Of a DNA stretch of 63,939 nt, positions 25,501 to 35,720 are shown piece after piece; positions within the stretch are counted from its first letter, which is position 1, and every line of letters starts with the position of its first letter. Made by a program: the position numbers and the translations under genes. Source of the stretch: an uncultured virus (IMG/VR IMGVR_UViG_2061766007_000696). Taxonomy: Duplodnaviria; Heunggongvirae; Uroviricota; Caudoviricetes. Location: the IMG/VR virus record IMGVR_UViG_2061766007_000696, one strand, 5' to 3'. The notes below the pieces were generated by a model, which was not told the origin of the DNA, made no database searches, and was given only the letters and a program-made list of their open reading frames with translations.

Positions 25501-27526
25501 CCCAAAGTTTAATATTTCTTTGAAGAGCAGCTGTCTGTTCCTCAATAGATTGAGTTGCTTTATCTGTTGCCTGAGATTGAGTTTCACCACTTTCTTTAGC
25601 AACTTGTATTCCTTCTGCAAGAGCATCATTTTGTTTTTCAATTTCAGATGTTTGTGGGGCAGTAGTACCTACTTGTTCATTTTCTTTTCGTGCATCAGTA
25701 TTCTCACGAAGCTTTGTAGTTTGTTCCTCAACTGCATCTGTTTCTTTTTCTGTATTATCTATATTATTAGTAAATCTTTGTTTACTATTTTCCTCTTTAG
25801 CATCAGTATTTGCTTTTACCTCAGAGGTTTCTTCCTCATAAGCTTTAGTTTCTTTATCTATATCAGACGTATCACCAGATGCTGTTTCTTTTTTATTTTC
25901 TTTCTTAGCATCAGTATTTTTTTCTATTTCAATAGTCTGTTCTTTAATAGGAATAGAATCAAAATAATCCTCAAGATTTATTCCTTTTGCACCCTCTACA
26001 TCACTAATTTTATTAAAAACTGCGCCTAATGCACTTTGAACATTTTTATTCTTATCTAATCCAACTGATTTAGCTAATTCGTTTAATTTTTCCATTTCAC
26101 GATTTGCATCAACTAAATCCTCAACAGACATACTTTCTTTAATAGCTTTTTTTAATTTTTTACAATCATCAAAAATAAAAGCTTGAACTTCTTTTCTTAA
26201 TTCTTTATATTCTGCATCTAAATCTGATGCTTGTTGTTGAACCTCTTTTGTTATATTTTTTGTATTTTTAATCTTATCTATTTCATTCGATGCTTGATNN
26301 NNNNNNNNNNNNNNNNATTAGAAGTACCAAACATCAAATTATTATTAACTAATTCATCAACTAAATGTGCATACTCAGTAGGCAATTTTTGTCCTATAGC
26401 ATGATAATATTTATATAACTGTGCAACTAATCCTACAAGTTTTTCAACATTTTTTAGTTGAGATGTAGATACCTCAGTTGTTCCAGGAATTAAAGTCTTA
26501 TTATAATCATTTTTAATATCATTTTTATTAGGTATATCACTTATTCTTTGCATTATTTTACTAGGTGGGGATTTTTTTTCCCATTCCTCAATCATTATTT
26601 TCTGAGCTTCCTCACCTAATTGTTTTAATAAACGCTTTTGAGAACTAGCTTGTAATTGGGGAATTAATTGCTTTTTAAATGATTGAACAATCATATCAAA
26701 ACTTTCAGTGCCAGCAAAATCCCCATATTTTTCATATGCCATTTCAACAGCTCTTTTATTTGCTCTATTTCTTATTTGTTTATATTCATTTATCCAATTT
26801 ACAATTGATGTTAATTCATTGTCAGAAATTTTATTTTTATAAGAATTCCTAACTTTACTCATGTGATATATATTATTTGTACTAGCTGTATTTAGGTATC
26901 TTTCCATAGTTTCAGCTAATTCATTATCAAGAGCACCGCTTAATTCTTTTATTTGTGATTCAGTTGATGAAATTAACTCTTTTATTTTTTGATTAGCTNN
27001 NNNNNNNNNNNNNNNNNNNNNNNNNNNNNNATTCAAATTCGCTTTTTTTATCATTAAAAGCTTTAATTTTAGATTCTATTTCATTTAAATTGACGTTTAC
27101 TTTAGATTTTTTACTAGCATTTTTTATTCCACTTTCAATAGAATCCTCGGCACTATCTTGAACTTTTTTGGTAAGACCAGAATTATCAACAGTAGTAGTT
27201 TTACCTAAATCAATATTTACTGTGGAACTATCATCTATAGCTTCTTGAGTTCCATCTTTAATAGCTTTTTTTACATTCTTTTTTACATTAGCTTTTAATT
27301 CATCTCTTTTTAAATCTAATGCTTCATCTAAATTAACAGGCGTAGTATTTATGCTTTTCATAGCATTTTTCATACCCTCAGAAACACCTTTACTAACACC
27401 CTCTTTTATTTTTTCTTCAGCAACATCTTCTGCATCATTTCCAATTTTAGATAAAATTTGATTTAATAAATTTTCGCCTTTACCTAAATCTAATGTAGGT
27501 GCTCCTCTTGAAATTTTCTCAGCCAT
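10588..27526 (-). CDS. Giant tape measure protein (~4,800 codons), 3 exons (19384-27526, 18165-18530, 10588-16537); ORF-track fragments mostly due to N gaps
   Basis: TP901-type core ALDTAITELRKVS...ADWSRLGYS...STLQGF...YNEV/ANNFAIDTAGIGEALQRSA...EQA/SLGEALAGKRNAN; long coiled coils; frame changes coincide with N gaps or the two introns. Confidence 0.85.
16538..18164 (-). ncRNA. Group I intron 2 of tape measure gene, homing endonuclease in P9 region
   Basis: Core motifs TAATTGCAGG, CATGCAGCG, TTCAACGACTATC, GAAGAAATAGTCT; ends ...AAATG; splice gives GAG CAG GC/A TCA TTA GGT; TTTAATTAAGA / TCTTAATTAAA stem encloses the ORF. Confidence 0.88.
16575..17739 (-). CDS. Intron-encoded endonuclease, zinc-ribbon repeats plus PD-(D/E)xK (Vsr/DUF559-like) domain
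   Basis: CxxH...GCxxC repeats, then ELPFDFYLP...IEYDGEQH; two ORF-track pieces joined across N gap; 3' part unsequenced. Confidence 0.75.
18531..19383 (-). ncRNA. Group I intron 1 of tape measure gene
   Basis: P1 GAGGT/AAAGTTT GCCTC with U.G at splice site; P7 GACTG/CAGTC; ends ...AACAGAACG; splice gives GAG GT/A GCA AAT AAC (EVANN). Confidence 0.9.
18700..19266 (-). CDS. Intron-encoded zinc-finger ORF, probably a degenerate homing endonuclease (P6 loop)
   Basis: CESC, CAKCGK...NNYCC motifs; no recognisable nuclease motif afterwards; ORF runs into intron core; contains a gap. Confidence 0.5.
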   Translation of the reverse strand: MKKEIFDNYNGLLFCESCNKMIPKTHMNYRRVKSNFVVSKCNVDMWLDRXXXXXXXXXXXXXXXXXXLNDIATSIGKSLDDIIKLYYYLNIKGKHIKIRTTCAKCGKEIYKFTREYLIAKNNYCCVELIIKFIDSLNNHYQLLNYHSFNWSYTNQLKLNSNLIIPFQSQSIENYRKYFTTECVTTAVE

Positions 27527-27529
27527 ATA

Positions 27530-28105
27530 TTATCTCCCCCCATATATAAATTCTACTTGTCTCAATATGGGTAAAAAGAGTTGTTCTAATGCAGTATCTA
27601 ATTCATCTTGCATTTTTTTCTCTATATTATCCATATATGTGTTATATAGTTCGAGAATGGCCTCTTTTGGACTTATTCCTTCCCCTTGAGCTGGTCCCAA
27701 CCATTTAGGATACCAGGGATAAGGTGTTCTCCACCATGGGGCTTTCCCATCATTAACAGTTATACCAGAACCACCGTGATAACCATACTCGAATGCAACG
27801 TTATAAACTATTTCATTACTTTGATGATGTTGATTTTTCATAAATTCCGGACCAAAATATATAGCCCATTCATTTTTATTTACAACTACTTTATATGCAT
27901 TTTTTAAGTCCCCTTGTCTTTCATAAAGATTAGGGCTATATCCTGCATAAAAGTCATCAACTGCTGTTTCTGCTATGTATTCAAAATATTCTTTTGTCTC
28001 TTTCGTATATTTTTCTATTATCATATTTGCAATTTTATACATTTCAGAATAAGCATTTATAACCATGTTTCTTAATTTTTTAATTGAATTTGCATTTGCC
28101 GCCAT
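27530..28105 (-). CDS. Tail-region hypothetical protein
   Basis: MAANAN start with GGAGG RBS; AVDDFYAGYSPNLYERQGDL motif; directly precedes tape measure gene. Confidence 0.65.
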   Translation of the reverse strand: MAANANSIKKLRNMVINAYSEMYKIANMIIEKYTKETKEYFEYIAETAVDDFYAGYSPNLYERQGDLKNAYKVVVNKNEWAIYFGPEFMKNQHHQSNEIVYNVAFEYGYHGGSGITVNDGKAPWWRTPYPWYPKWLGPAQGEGISPKEAILELYNTYMDNIEKKMQDELDTALEQLFLPILRQVEFIYGGR

Positions 28106-28128
28106 GACATACCTCCTTCCCTGCAGAA

Positions 28129-28166
28129 TAAAAAAACGACTCATAACCTTTGACAGTTATGAGTCG
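28129..28166 (-). terminator. Intrinsic terminator
   Basis: ACGACTCATAAC...GTTATGAGTCGT followed by T run. Confidence 0.75.
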
Positions 28167-28182
28167 TAAACAATAATCAATT

Positions 28183-28674
28183 TCATGAATTTTTCTTTTT
28201 TATTTGTTTCTCAATATAAGGATAAAATGTATCATATAATACATTTAAAGAATCGATTTTAGAGGATAAAAATCCAACTAAACAGTTTTCTTTATTATAA
28301 TAATCATTTTCCATCATTTCTAAAACTGTAGTCATAGTATTATACTCTTTACATAATTCTTTAAATAATACCTCAAAAACTCCATTAGAATCANNNNNNN
28401 NNNNNNNTCCACTGTCTATTTGTTCTAATTCAATATCAGTATATGCATCTACAATACTCATACAAAATAAAACATACCTCATTGGTGTATTAGGGCAGTA
28501 ATATTTCTTTTCAACAACATCTACAAAAGGTGTATAATCCGCACTTTCGATTATATTTTTACATATTGCCATTTTTTGTTCATAAGGAAGATATTTTGTA
28601 ATAATATGTTTTTTAATACATTCCTCCTTCATTCTTGTCTCACTATATTCAGTTATAAATTTACTAATAATCAT
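28183..28674 (-). CDS. Hypothetical protein, possible tail assembly chaperone
   Basis: 163-aa ORF upstream of tape measure; function from position only. Confidence 0.55.
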   Translation of the reverse strand: MIISKFITEYSETRMKEECIKKHIITKYLPYEQKMAICKNIIESADYTPFVDVVEKKYYCPNTPMRYVLFCMSIVDAYTDIELEQIDSGXXXXXDSNGVFEVLFKELCKEYNTMTTVLEMMENDYYNKENCLVGFLSSKIDSLNVLYDTFYPYIEKQIKKKNS

Positions 28675-28757
28675 TAAACTATCCCCATAAATAAAAAGTC
28701 AAGGAAAAGATGTAAAACAGATAAGACTGACTTATTCCCTTGACTTTATTGTTTTTT

Positions 28758-29099
28758 TTAGTTATTCATGATTTTGTCAATTGCCATTTGGATAGCTTGC
28801 CTTTCACTCTCTGATTGTGCTTGATCCATAGCTTTGTATAAATGATCGACAGAACTGCCATGACGACTATAACGACCACCATTTCTATAACTATTTCTAT
28901 TATCATAATCATAGTCATAGTTATACATTCTACGTTGCGAATAACCACTTTCACCATTCTCAATTTCCTCAAGGTCTTTGAGAATATCAACTAATTTATC
29001 TAAACTTTCTAACATAGACTTATCTAGCTCCCCTTTCTGTGTCATTTTCATAAGTTCACAATTAACCATTTCTCTAATACCATTAAATACGTCTGCCAT
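28758..29099 (-). CDS. Hypothetical protein (cassette gene 6)
   Basis: GGAGGTG RBS; LDKLVDILKDL helix, Y/R/G-rich middle. Confidence 0.75.
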   Translation of the reverse strand: MADVFNGIREMVNCELMKMTQKGELDKSMLESLDKLVDILKDLEEIENGESGYSQRRMYNYDYDYDNRNSYRNGGRYSRHGSSVDHLYKAMDQAQSESERQAIQMAIDKIMNN

Positions 29100-29111
29100 A
29101 TAAACACCTCC

Positions 29112-29585
29112 TTAATTTCTCATCATGACCATATCAGGACGAGAGAAGATGATATTTGCATTCTGTACTAAAATAGGTTGATCACTTATGTTTCTGACAG
29201 TTACTGTTTCACAACATCCTCTCCATATCTCGACATTTATAGCACGAGATACATTAAAGAATTCTTCAACAGCAGCAGGAGTAACAGTCATTGTACTTGA
29301 CGGAAGAGTAGAACCATCAATTGTAATAGCAAGTGAGATAGCACCAACTGTTCCACCAGTAGGTACAGCTATATTTGCTCCAAAGTCTACTAAATAATTA
29401 GCAGTATTAGAACGGTTACATCCACAACCACTATAATTATACGGAACATATCCGCTTAATAAAAAATTTCCAGACCCCTCTCTGTGGCGAACTAAACCTC
29501 TAGTGCATGGCACAGGAGTTTCTGTAAATACAATAGATTCGCCAGGATTAACGGTCTGAACAGAATTTGAACTATATTCAGCCAT
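29112..29585 (-). CDS. All-beta small protein, possibly C1q/BclA-like (cassette gene 5)
   Basis: AAAGGA RBS; beta-strand-rich, Cys-containing (YLVDFGANIAVP, ISLAITIDG, VTVRN). Confidence 0.65.
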   Translation of the reverse strand: MAEYSSNSVQTVNPGESIVFTETPVPCTRGLVRHREGSGNFLLSGYVPYNYSGCGCNRSNTANYLVDFGANIAVPTGGTVGAISLAITIDGSTLPSSTMTVTPAAVEEFFNVSRAINVEIWRGCCETVTVRNISDQPILVQNANIIFSRPDMVMMRN

Positions 29586-29611
29586 AATTTTATCCTTTCT
29601 CTATTTAATAT

Positions 29612-30334
29612 TTACATTCCACATCCACAACCGAAATTTTGTTGGCAACAATTTGGGTTTTGAACAATATATGCAGGCTTCGGAACCGGAGCAAGATATT
29701 GTTCAAGCGCAAAAGTCTGAGCGGCATTATCCGCAAGAATCTGAGCAGTCTGATTTCCTTGAGAAGCAGCAAGATTAGCAAGATTAAGCTGAGTACGAAG
29801 ATTCTGAATCTCCTCATTCTTAGAGTCTATCTTGTCTTGACACATTTGATCCAATATGCGTTGAGTATTGGCATTATTTTGAGCTGTAACATTCATAAGT
29901 GCTTCATTTAAAGCGGCACGATCGGCACAGTTTTCAGTAGCGACTGTGTATTTAAGGTCAGCAATATTAGTATTAGTATTGCAAAGACCTGTAGCCTGAT
30001 TAAGAGCAATAGCATTTAACTGATTTGTAAGATTAGCAGTCTGATTACATCTTGATACTTCTGCATTAGCAAATCCATTTGCTACAGTAGTATTAAGTCC
30101 ATTGATTCCACTCATAACAGCAGCTTGGTCAAAACCAGCTTGAACAGTGTCATTATAAACCATAGGTGCAACACCACCGTTACCGCCAAATCCATTATTC
30201 CAACCATTACCCATCAAAGCAAAGAGGAAAAGAACGATAATCCAAAATGAACCATCACCCCATCCACCAAAACCATTTCCATTTCCTGTTACAGCTGCAA
30301 TATCAGCAGCACTCATATCAGAACTTAAAGCCAT
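29612..30334 (-). CDS. Gly-rich membrane-anchored coiled-coil protein (cassette gene 4)
   Basis: GFGGWGDGSFWIIVLFLFALMGNGW transmembrane segment, coiled coil, Cys-rich CCQQNFGCGC end; AAGGAGG RBS. Confidence 0.8.
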   Translation of the reverse strand: MALSSDMSAADIAAVTGNGNGFGGWGDGSFWIIVLFLFALMGNGWNNGFGGNGGVAPMVYNDTVQAGFDQAAVMSGINGLNTTVANGFANAEVSRCNQTANLTNQLNAIALNQATGLCNTNTNIADLKYTVATENCADRAALNEALMNVTAQNNANTQRILDQMCQDKIDSKNEEIQNLRTQLNLANLAASQGNQTAQILADNAAQTFALEQYLAPVPKPAYIVQNPNCCQQNFGCGCGM

Positions 30335-30429
30335 AGTAAAATTCCTCCTTTTTTGTAAAAACTAGAAAATAATAAATAATAGTAATGCATTACATATAGA
30401 AGTCCTTTTAATCCTTAAGCTTTTCCTCT

Positions 30430-30654
30430 TTATCCAAAATAATTTTGCAATTGTTTTGCCATTTTTTGTAACTGATTAAATTGGGCTTGTGTCATTTGCC
30501 CAGAATTAAGTAATCCTTGTACTTGTTGTTGTGGATTACCTTGAAAAGTAGATTTAAACTGATTAAATTGTTGCATTAAATATTGGATATTTCCTAATTT
30601 CCCAGGAAGTGGGATAGGAGTATTACCACCAAGTAAATTATAAAGTTTGTTCAT
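30430..30654 (-). CDS. Gln-rich hypothetical protein (cassette gene 3)
   Basis: GNPQQQVQGLLNSGQMTQAQFNQL; coupled to upstream stop. Confidence 0.75.
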   Translation of the reverse strand: MNKLYNLLGGNTPIPLPGKLGNIQYLMQQFNQFKSTFQGNPQQQVQGLLNSGQMTQAQFNQLQKMAKQLQNYFG

Positions 30655-31106
30655 TACTTCCCACCACCTTTCTTTTCAGAAGATGGGGCAGTAGCAACCT
30701 CTAATAATTGATTTTCCAACTCTTTAATTTTGTCGTTTAAAGCTACTATTTGTTTTTCTAATTCCTCATATCCATAAGAATTAGTTGTTTGCTGTTCAAC
30801 AACAGCAATATCATTTTTCGGTGACTGTTGTGTTCTTTCTTTATAATCAAATATTCTTAAAGCATTTGGAACACCAGACGCATCAACAGTTTTGATGTAA
30901 AATACATCCTTCTCTGAATCCATCAACATCACCGATTTACCCATAGGAACAAAATATGCTTTTGCTCCCGCTTCACCTTGCACCCAAATAATCCCATTAT
31001 CCATAGAGTTATTTTGCACTGGAGGCATTTGTGCCTGAACTAGTTGCATGGGAGGGGCTTGATTTTGATAATAAGAATATCCTTGTGGAAATCCATTATT
31101 ATACAT
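30654..31106 (-). CDS. Hypothetical protein (cassette gene 2)
   Basis: AAAGGAGG RBS; IIWVQGEAGAKAY...LMDSE..VFYIKTVDASG. Confidence 0.8.
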   Translation of the reverse strand: MYNNGFPQGYSYYQNQAPPMQLVQAQMPPVQNNSMDNGIIWVQGEAGAKAYFVPMGKSVMLMDSEKDVFYIKTVDASGVPNALRIFDYKERTQQSPKNDIAVVEQQTTNSYGYEELEKQIVALNDKIKELENQLLEVATAPSSEKKGGGK

Positions 31107-31126
31107 AGGATACCTCCTTTATTTAA

Positions 31127-31508
31127 TTATATATTTGAAAACCAGTAATATACTGGAATTTCATCTCCACTATCCCAGGAATCATTAATAATAGTCGCCA
31201 TCTATGACAGCGACTACATGTTCCCCCGTGGCTAAAATATATTTTCCGTTTAGATGTTCAAAACAAAAATCTCTAATTGTATAACAATTAGGACACATAT
31301 TATCAATTATTTTTCGTTTAAAACCGATTGATGATAAATAAGAACCCCAAACAGAATTAGAAGAGGGCATGTCACACATACGCAAGCCCTCATTAGATAT
31401 CTTTTTATATGTTTCTTCCCAAGATTGATTTGTTATTTTAGATATTGCTCGAATTACACAATCACCAACACGTTTTCCTAAAGGATTTGGATTATAATAA
31501 ATAAACAT
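31127..31508 (-). CDS. Small papain-like (Cys-His-Asp) protein, frameshifted near 31185 (cassette gene 1)
   Basis: GDCVIRAI...HVVAVIDGDYY; expected continuation DSWDSGDEIPVYYW lies in another frame after an extra TAAT. Confidence 0.6.
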
Positions 31509-31762
31509 TAATCTACCTCATAATAATCCACTACATATACATCAATACTTGGAACATATTCATGATTTTCTGGAAAATTCCAAATCACATCACAAATAGT
31601 GTACCATTTATCACCCACACGTACACCATGATCCATCATTTCTTTAATGAGAATAATAGTTTTATCTATATTATCATCTCTGTATGTAGATATAATTTTA
31701 GGATTATCCAACCCACTATCATCTTCATTCGTCCATCTATATTCAACTAATCTGATTACCAT
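31508..31762 (-). CDS. Hypothetical protein
   Basis: 84-aa ORF coupled to neighbours. Confidence 0.55.
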   Translation of the reverse strand: MVIRLVEYRWTNEDDSGLDNPKIISTYRDDNIDKTIILIKEMMDHGVRVGDKWYTICDVIWNFPENHEYVPSIDVYVVDYYEVD

Positions 31763-32156
31763 TCCTAATTTTCTCCCTTACTATTTCCAAAGCTTTATTT
31801 ATACAATCATCTATAAATTGAATTAATTCGTCTTGATTAACAACCTGTAATAAAATAGGATAATCAATATAAAGTTGCTTAATAACCTCAGAACGTTTTA
31901 TATCACCCATTTTTATCCAAGCAGACCAATTAACTTCTGCATCAGAAACATAAGAAAGAATATTATTAGCAATGGCGATTTTTGCATTTTTAATGGCTTT
32001 ATTTAATTCCTCTTGCTTTTCTTCCTCAGTTTTATTTTTCCAATCAAAATAAAAAGTTCTAGCTTTTGATAAAATTACTAGAACAATAACAATGACCGTC
32101 ACAAGACTAGCCCAATTTTCATTAATCCATGAAAGTAAATTCATAATACCTTCCAT
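31743..32156 (-). CDS. Holin-like membrane protein
   Basis: N-terminal TM (WASLVTVIVIVLVILS), GDIKRSEV motif; AAGGAG RBS. Confidence 0.6.
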   Translation of the reverse strand: MEGIMNLLSWINENWASLVTVIVIVLVILSKARTFYFDWKNKTEEEKQEELNKAIKNAKIAIANNILSYVSDAEVNWSAWIKMGDIKRSEVIKQLYIDYPILLQVVNQDELIQFIDDCINKALEIVREKIRNGNQIS

Positions 32157-32170
32157 TTTTAATTCTCCTT

Positions 32171-32416
32171 TTACTCATTATATGTATTTTCATCAGGTTT
32201 TTCTTTTTTTAACTTTAAACGTTTAATCATTGCACATAAAAAAATCTCACCACCAAAACATGAAAAGAAAGCAGTAGTGAGAGTAGATGATTCTAAACCA
32301 CCAGTAAGAACAAAAGTTACTTTATCTACAATGGTATAGATAATCATTGCAACGATACAAAAAATAACATATTTATCTAACGTTGTTAGAGGTTTTCTTT
32401 TCTTTTTTTCTTTCAT
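32171..32416 (-). CDS. Two-TM holin-like protein
   Basis: Basic N-terminus, two hydrophobic helices, basic C-terminus. Confidence 0.6.
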   Translation of the reverse strand: MKEKKKRKPLTTLDKYVIFCIVAMIIYTIVDKVTFVLTGGLESSTLTTAFFSCFGGEIFLCAMIKRLKLKKEKPDENTYNE

Positions 32417-32431
32417 TCAAATAAACCCTCT

Positions 32432-32880
32432 TCATNNNNNNNNNNNNNNNNNNNNNNNNNNNNNNNNNNNNNNNNNNNNNTTTTTTATTGCCTCTTTTTT
32501 TAATTCATCACGTTTAATTTTTCCAGTTTTCAATCCAATAACTGCCCTCCAATTTGAGGGAATCAAATATTTAAAATCTTTATTTTTTAGTACAGCCCAC
32601 ATATNNNNNNNNNNNNNNNNNNNNNNNNNNNNNNNNNNNNNNNNNNNNNNNNNNNNNNNNNNNNNNNNNNNNNNNNNNNNNNAAAATAAGATTTGGATTA
32701 TAATAATCAAGAACATTATTTATACTTAAGCACATTTCTCTCATACGTTTATCCAAATCTTTTTCTCTGCTATAATCTAGTAATCTGTATTCAATTAGTT
32801 TTCCATCCTCTAGTAATGATATACCAGTTTTTTTCGTAGANNNNNNNNNNNNNNNNNNNNNNNNNNNNNNNNNNNNNNNN
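32432..32880 (-). CDS. RuvC-like Holliday junction resolvase (gapped)
   Basis: STKKTGISLLEDGKL...PSNWRAVIG...KRDELKKEAI across gaps; catalytic residues lie in N runs; start approximate. Confidence 0.65.
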
Positions 32881-33117
32881 NNNNNNNNNATTACACCAAG
32901 ATTCAAAAGCATCTTTGGTATCATCTTTATTAAAATAAAAAACAAGTATAGGTTCACCAGTTTTCCGATCTTGACTGACCTCGATATCTTGTAATTCAAC
33001 ACCTTGACTCATGAAATAAGCTACTTGTTTTGTATTTAAAATACGAATAACTGAAAATATGTCGTACACCTTACCTGTTATATTACTAGTAATATAATAA
33101 GGTTCTGCCATATTCAT
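32870..33117 (-). CDS. Hypothetical protein (DUF5659-like)
   Basis: RILNTKQVAYFMSQGV...ILVFYFNKDDTKDAFESW; stop lies in gap. Confidence 0.55.
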
Positions 33118-33189
33118 TTCTCCTTTTACTCAATTAAAAAAAAGGATAAGCAACTGTGAATTGACTTATCCCTAAATATATAATCAATT

Positions 33190-33511
33190 CATTAATTTTT
33201 CNNNNNNNNNNNNNNNCAGGATTTTCCTTTTTAGGTTGAACTGTTCTTTGTTTTTTTATTTGCTCCCAATTTTCTTTTAATTGTTCATTGAGAGGCATTT
33301 TATCAACATCAAGAGCTGAAAGCTTTTCATACGCTACATCAGCCGACATATGACCATTGACAAATTTTGAAAATACATCAAACGCTGTACGACATGCCTG
33401 AGAACAATATAAAGCTCTCCATGTTTCTTTAGCATTTGGCTCTTGGCAATTACTACCACAATAATGATATTTTTTGCCACAAATTATGCAAACTCTATCA
33501 CCTCTAGCCAT
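33190..33511 (-). CDS. Zinc-finger hypothetical protein
   Basis: CIICGKKYHYC..C...YCSQAC; AAAGGAGG RBS; 3' end approximate (gap). Confidence 0.7.
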
Positions 33512-33573
33512 TTTTGTTTTCCTCCTTTTAATATATTAAGGGTGGAAAAATCCACCCTTAAATATAAATCTTA

Positions 33574-34386
33574 TTAAGAACCAGATACTACTGTAGTAAC
33601 AGCATCTTCATCCGGGAAATAAATGTAGTACAAAATCTTATCTGCGGAGCAGTAAGAAACGTTAATATTACCAGTAAACTCTGTTTCAGTTGATTCTGCA
33701 TCAAGTGAGATAGTAACAGCAGGACTAGGCTGGAAGCTAGGAATTACAATATAAGCTGCTTTATATTTATCAGAACAAGGATCCATTACAGCAGCATAAA
33801 GTGTAAGAGCAATTGTATCCGGGAATTTATCTGCATAGTTAGCAATCTTTGCTCCACTCTCAACATCTCTTTCATACTTAACAAGATATTTCTGAGGAGC
33901 ACCATCAGCAGCACCGGGAACAGTAATTGTTCCAGCAGAAGAATCATATGCAAATGTCTTATCTACAACAGCAGTTGTTCCTTGTGCAAGAACTGCACCA
34001 TTAGCACCATTACCATAAAGTCCCATTACATGAATAGTACCATCTTTAGCATCAGATGCATCAACCGTTGCACCAGCAGCAACAACTGTAATTTTAGGCA
34101 TCTGAATTTTTGCAGTTGCACTAGCAAGTTCCATAGGAGTACCTGACTGAGCATTCATAAGAACAGGTGAAAGAAGAGCACTATTTGCAGTAAATGTTGC
34201 AGTCTTTGACTGATAAATGGAACGAATAATATTACCATTTTTATCGGTAATATCTGTAGGATCAGAACTTACTTCAATAGAAGCAGAGGTAAGCTGATCA
34301 AGAGTATAAAGCAGATTGTCATTGAAATCTTGAGCTACGCCAGATATGATTTCCTTGACACTAAAATTACCTAAATTAAATGCCAT
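33574..34386 (-). CDS. Major tail (tube) protein
   Basis: Strong RBS, followed by hairpin TAAGGGTGGA/TCCACCCTTA, acidic beta-rich composition and position in operon. Confidence 0.65.
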   Translation of the reverse strand: MAFNLGNFSVKEIISGVAQDFNDNLLYTLDQLTSASIEVSSDPTDITDKNGNIIRSIYQSKTATFTANSALLSPVLMNAQSGTPMELASATAKIQMPKITVVAAGATVDASDAKDGTIHVMGLYGNGANGAVLAQGTTAVVDKTFAYDSSAGTITVPGAADGAPQKYLVKYERDVESGAKIANYADKFPDTIALTLYAAVMDPCSDKYKAAYIVIPSFQPSPAVTISLDAESTETEFTGNINVSYCSADKILYYIYFPDEDAVTTVVSGS

Positions 34387-34399
34387 TTAATTTTCCTCC

Positions 34400-35158
34400 T
34401 TAAATATTTTTCATAAAATTNNNNNNNNNNNNNNNNNNNNNNNNAACAAAGCCCGAATACAAACCTTTCATGCAGGCTGTTGTCTGCTCATAAATTTGAA
34501 GTCGTTGTACAGAGTCATAAAACTCACATACACCGACTTCCCTAAGTTCATTTTTTTTATATTTAAATCCTGGATGATTAACACATGCACTAACCATAGA
34601 CTTTAAAGAGTGTTCCTCTTTTTGTCCTTTTTTTATTTTTTGTTGAAGATTGATGGTATCTTTTCGAATCCACCATTCCTTTAATAATTTATCATCTGTT
34701 AATTCCGTCTCAGGTTTCATATTAAACATTTTTTGAAGATATTGATGAATATATTCATACACCTCTTCATTTATTTCGAGATGATGTTCTACACTAGCAA
34801 GAACAACCTCTGAGGTTTTTTGATCCTCAATTTCCTTATTGTATAATTTAAAAGTAGACCAATCTAAATCACCAAAAAGCAATTTAGATACCTCATTATC
34901 TATTCCGTTGTATAGTGAACAAAAAAGCTGAAAATCGCTTAAATCGTTCCAATCAACACCAGCTTCCCATAAAAATAATCTATTGGCAGTGGGATTTGTA
35001 ATAAAGACATTAAGAGTGCTAAAAAATTTAGATTGTCCTACTTTAATAATGTCTCCAATAGAAGGTTCATATATAGTAATAGAACCAACAGCACTTTCAC
35101 AATCTATCACATAGGGTTCACCAAAATACATCTGGAGTTCATCAAATTCAATGTTCAA
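34400..35158 (-). CDS. Conserved morphogenesis-operon hypothetical protein
   Basis: 252-aa ORF with AAGGAG RBS and TTG start. Confidence 0.7.
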   Translation of the reverse strand: MNIEFDELQMYFGEPYVIDCESAVGSITIYEPSIGDIIKVGQSKFFSTLNVFITNPTANRLFLWEAGVDWNDLSDFQLFCSLYNGIDNEVSKLLFGDLDWSTFKLYNKEIEDQKTSEVVLASVEHHLEINEEVYEYIHQYLQKMFNMKPETELTDDKLLKEWWIRKDTINLQQKIKKGQKEEHSLKSMVSACVNHPGFKYKKNELREVGVCEFYDSVQRLQIYEQTTACMKGLYSGFVXXXXXXXXNFMKNI

Positions 35159-35717
35159 CTATAGGTAACTCCTTATTGATAATTTGCGGAACACCATTTT
35201 TAGTCTTAACGATATTACGGTCTGTTTCGCATTCAAAANNNNNNNNNNNNNNNNNNNNNNNTTATCCGTAATACTTGGCTTTGATTGTGAAATATGAATA
35301 CGACCACAAGATAATACTTTATAATCAAATGCATCTAATATTAATGCTGATAATAAATCATGTCTTGGAAGACTTGTTTCTTTATCAATGCAGTTTTTAG
35401 NNNNNNNNNNNNNNNNNNNNNNNNNNNNNNNNNNNNNNNNNTTAATTGGCTTTTCAGCATATCTATTTATTCTTTCAAAATTAGTTTCAAAACAAATAAA
35501 ATTTTGAACATCATGTTGAGTTGAATCAATCATAAAATAAGGTAGGATATTAACCCCAAAATAATCGTCAATTTCAGCATCCTCTTTTTCTAATTCTTTA
35601 TTATTTNNNNNNNNNNNNNNGAATTTCTTTTATTTCTTGTTTTAATTTTATATCATCACTATCAAGGGTATTTCGATAGGAGAGGAGTTTTTGTTTATCT
35701 TCTTTAGTCCATTCCAT
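35148..35717 (-). CDS. Head-tail/tail terminator-like protein (gapped)
   Basis: Hand reading MEWTKEDKQKLL...QNFICFE...RHDLLSALI...IINKELPIVEH across gaps. Confidence 0.55.
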
Positions 35718-35720
35718 AAC

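Noticed and set aside
10588..27526. Programmed frameshifts, stop-codon recoding or separate genes among TMP fragments
   Set aside because: Frame changes coincide with N gaps or introns; ungapped genes read normally in code 11
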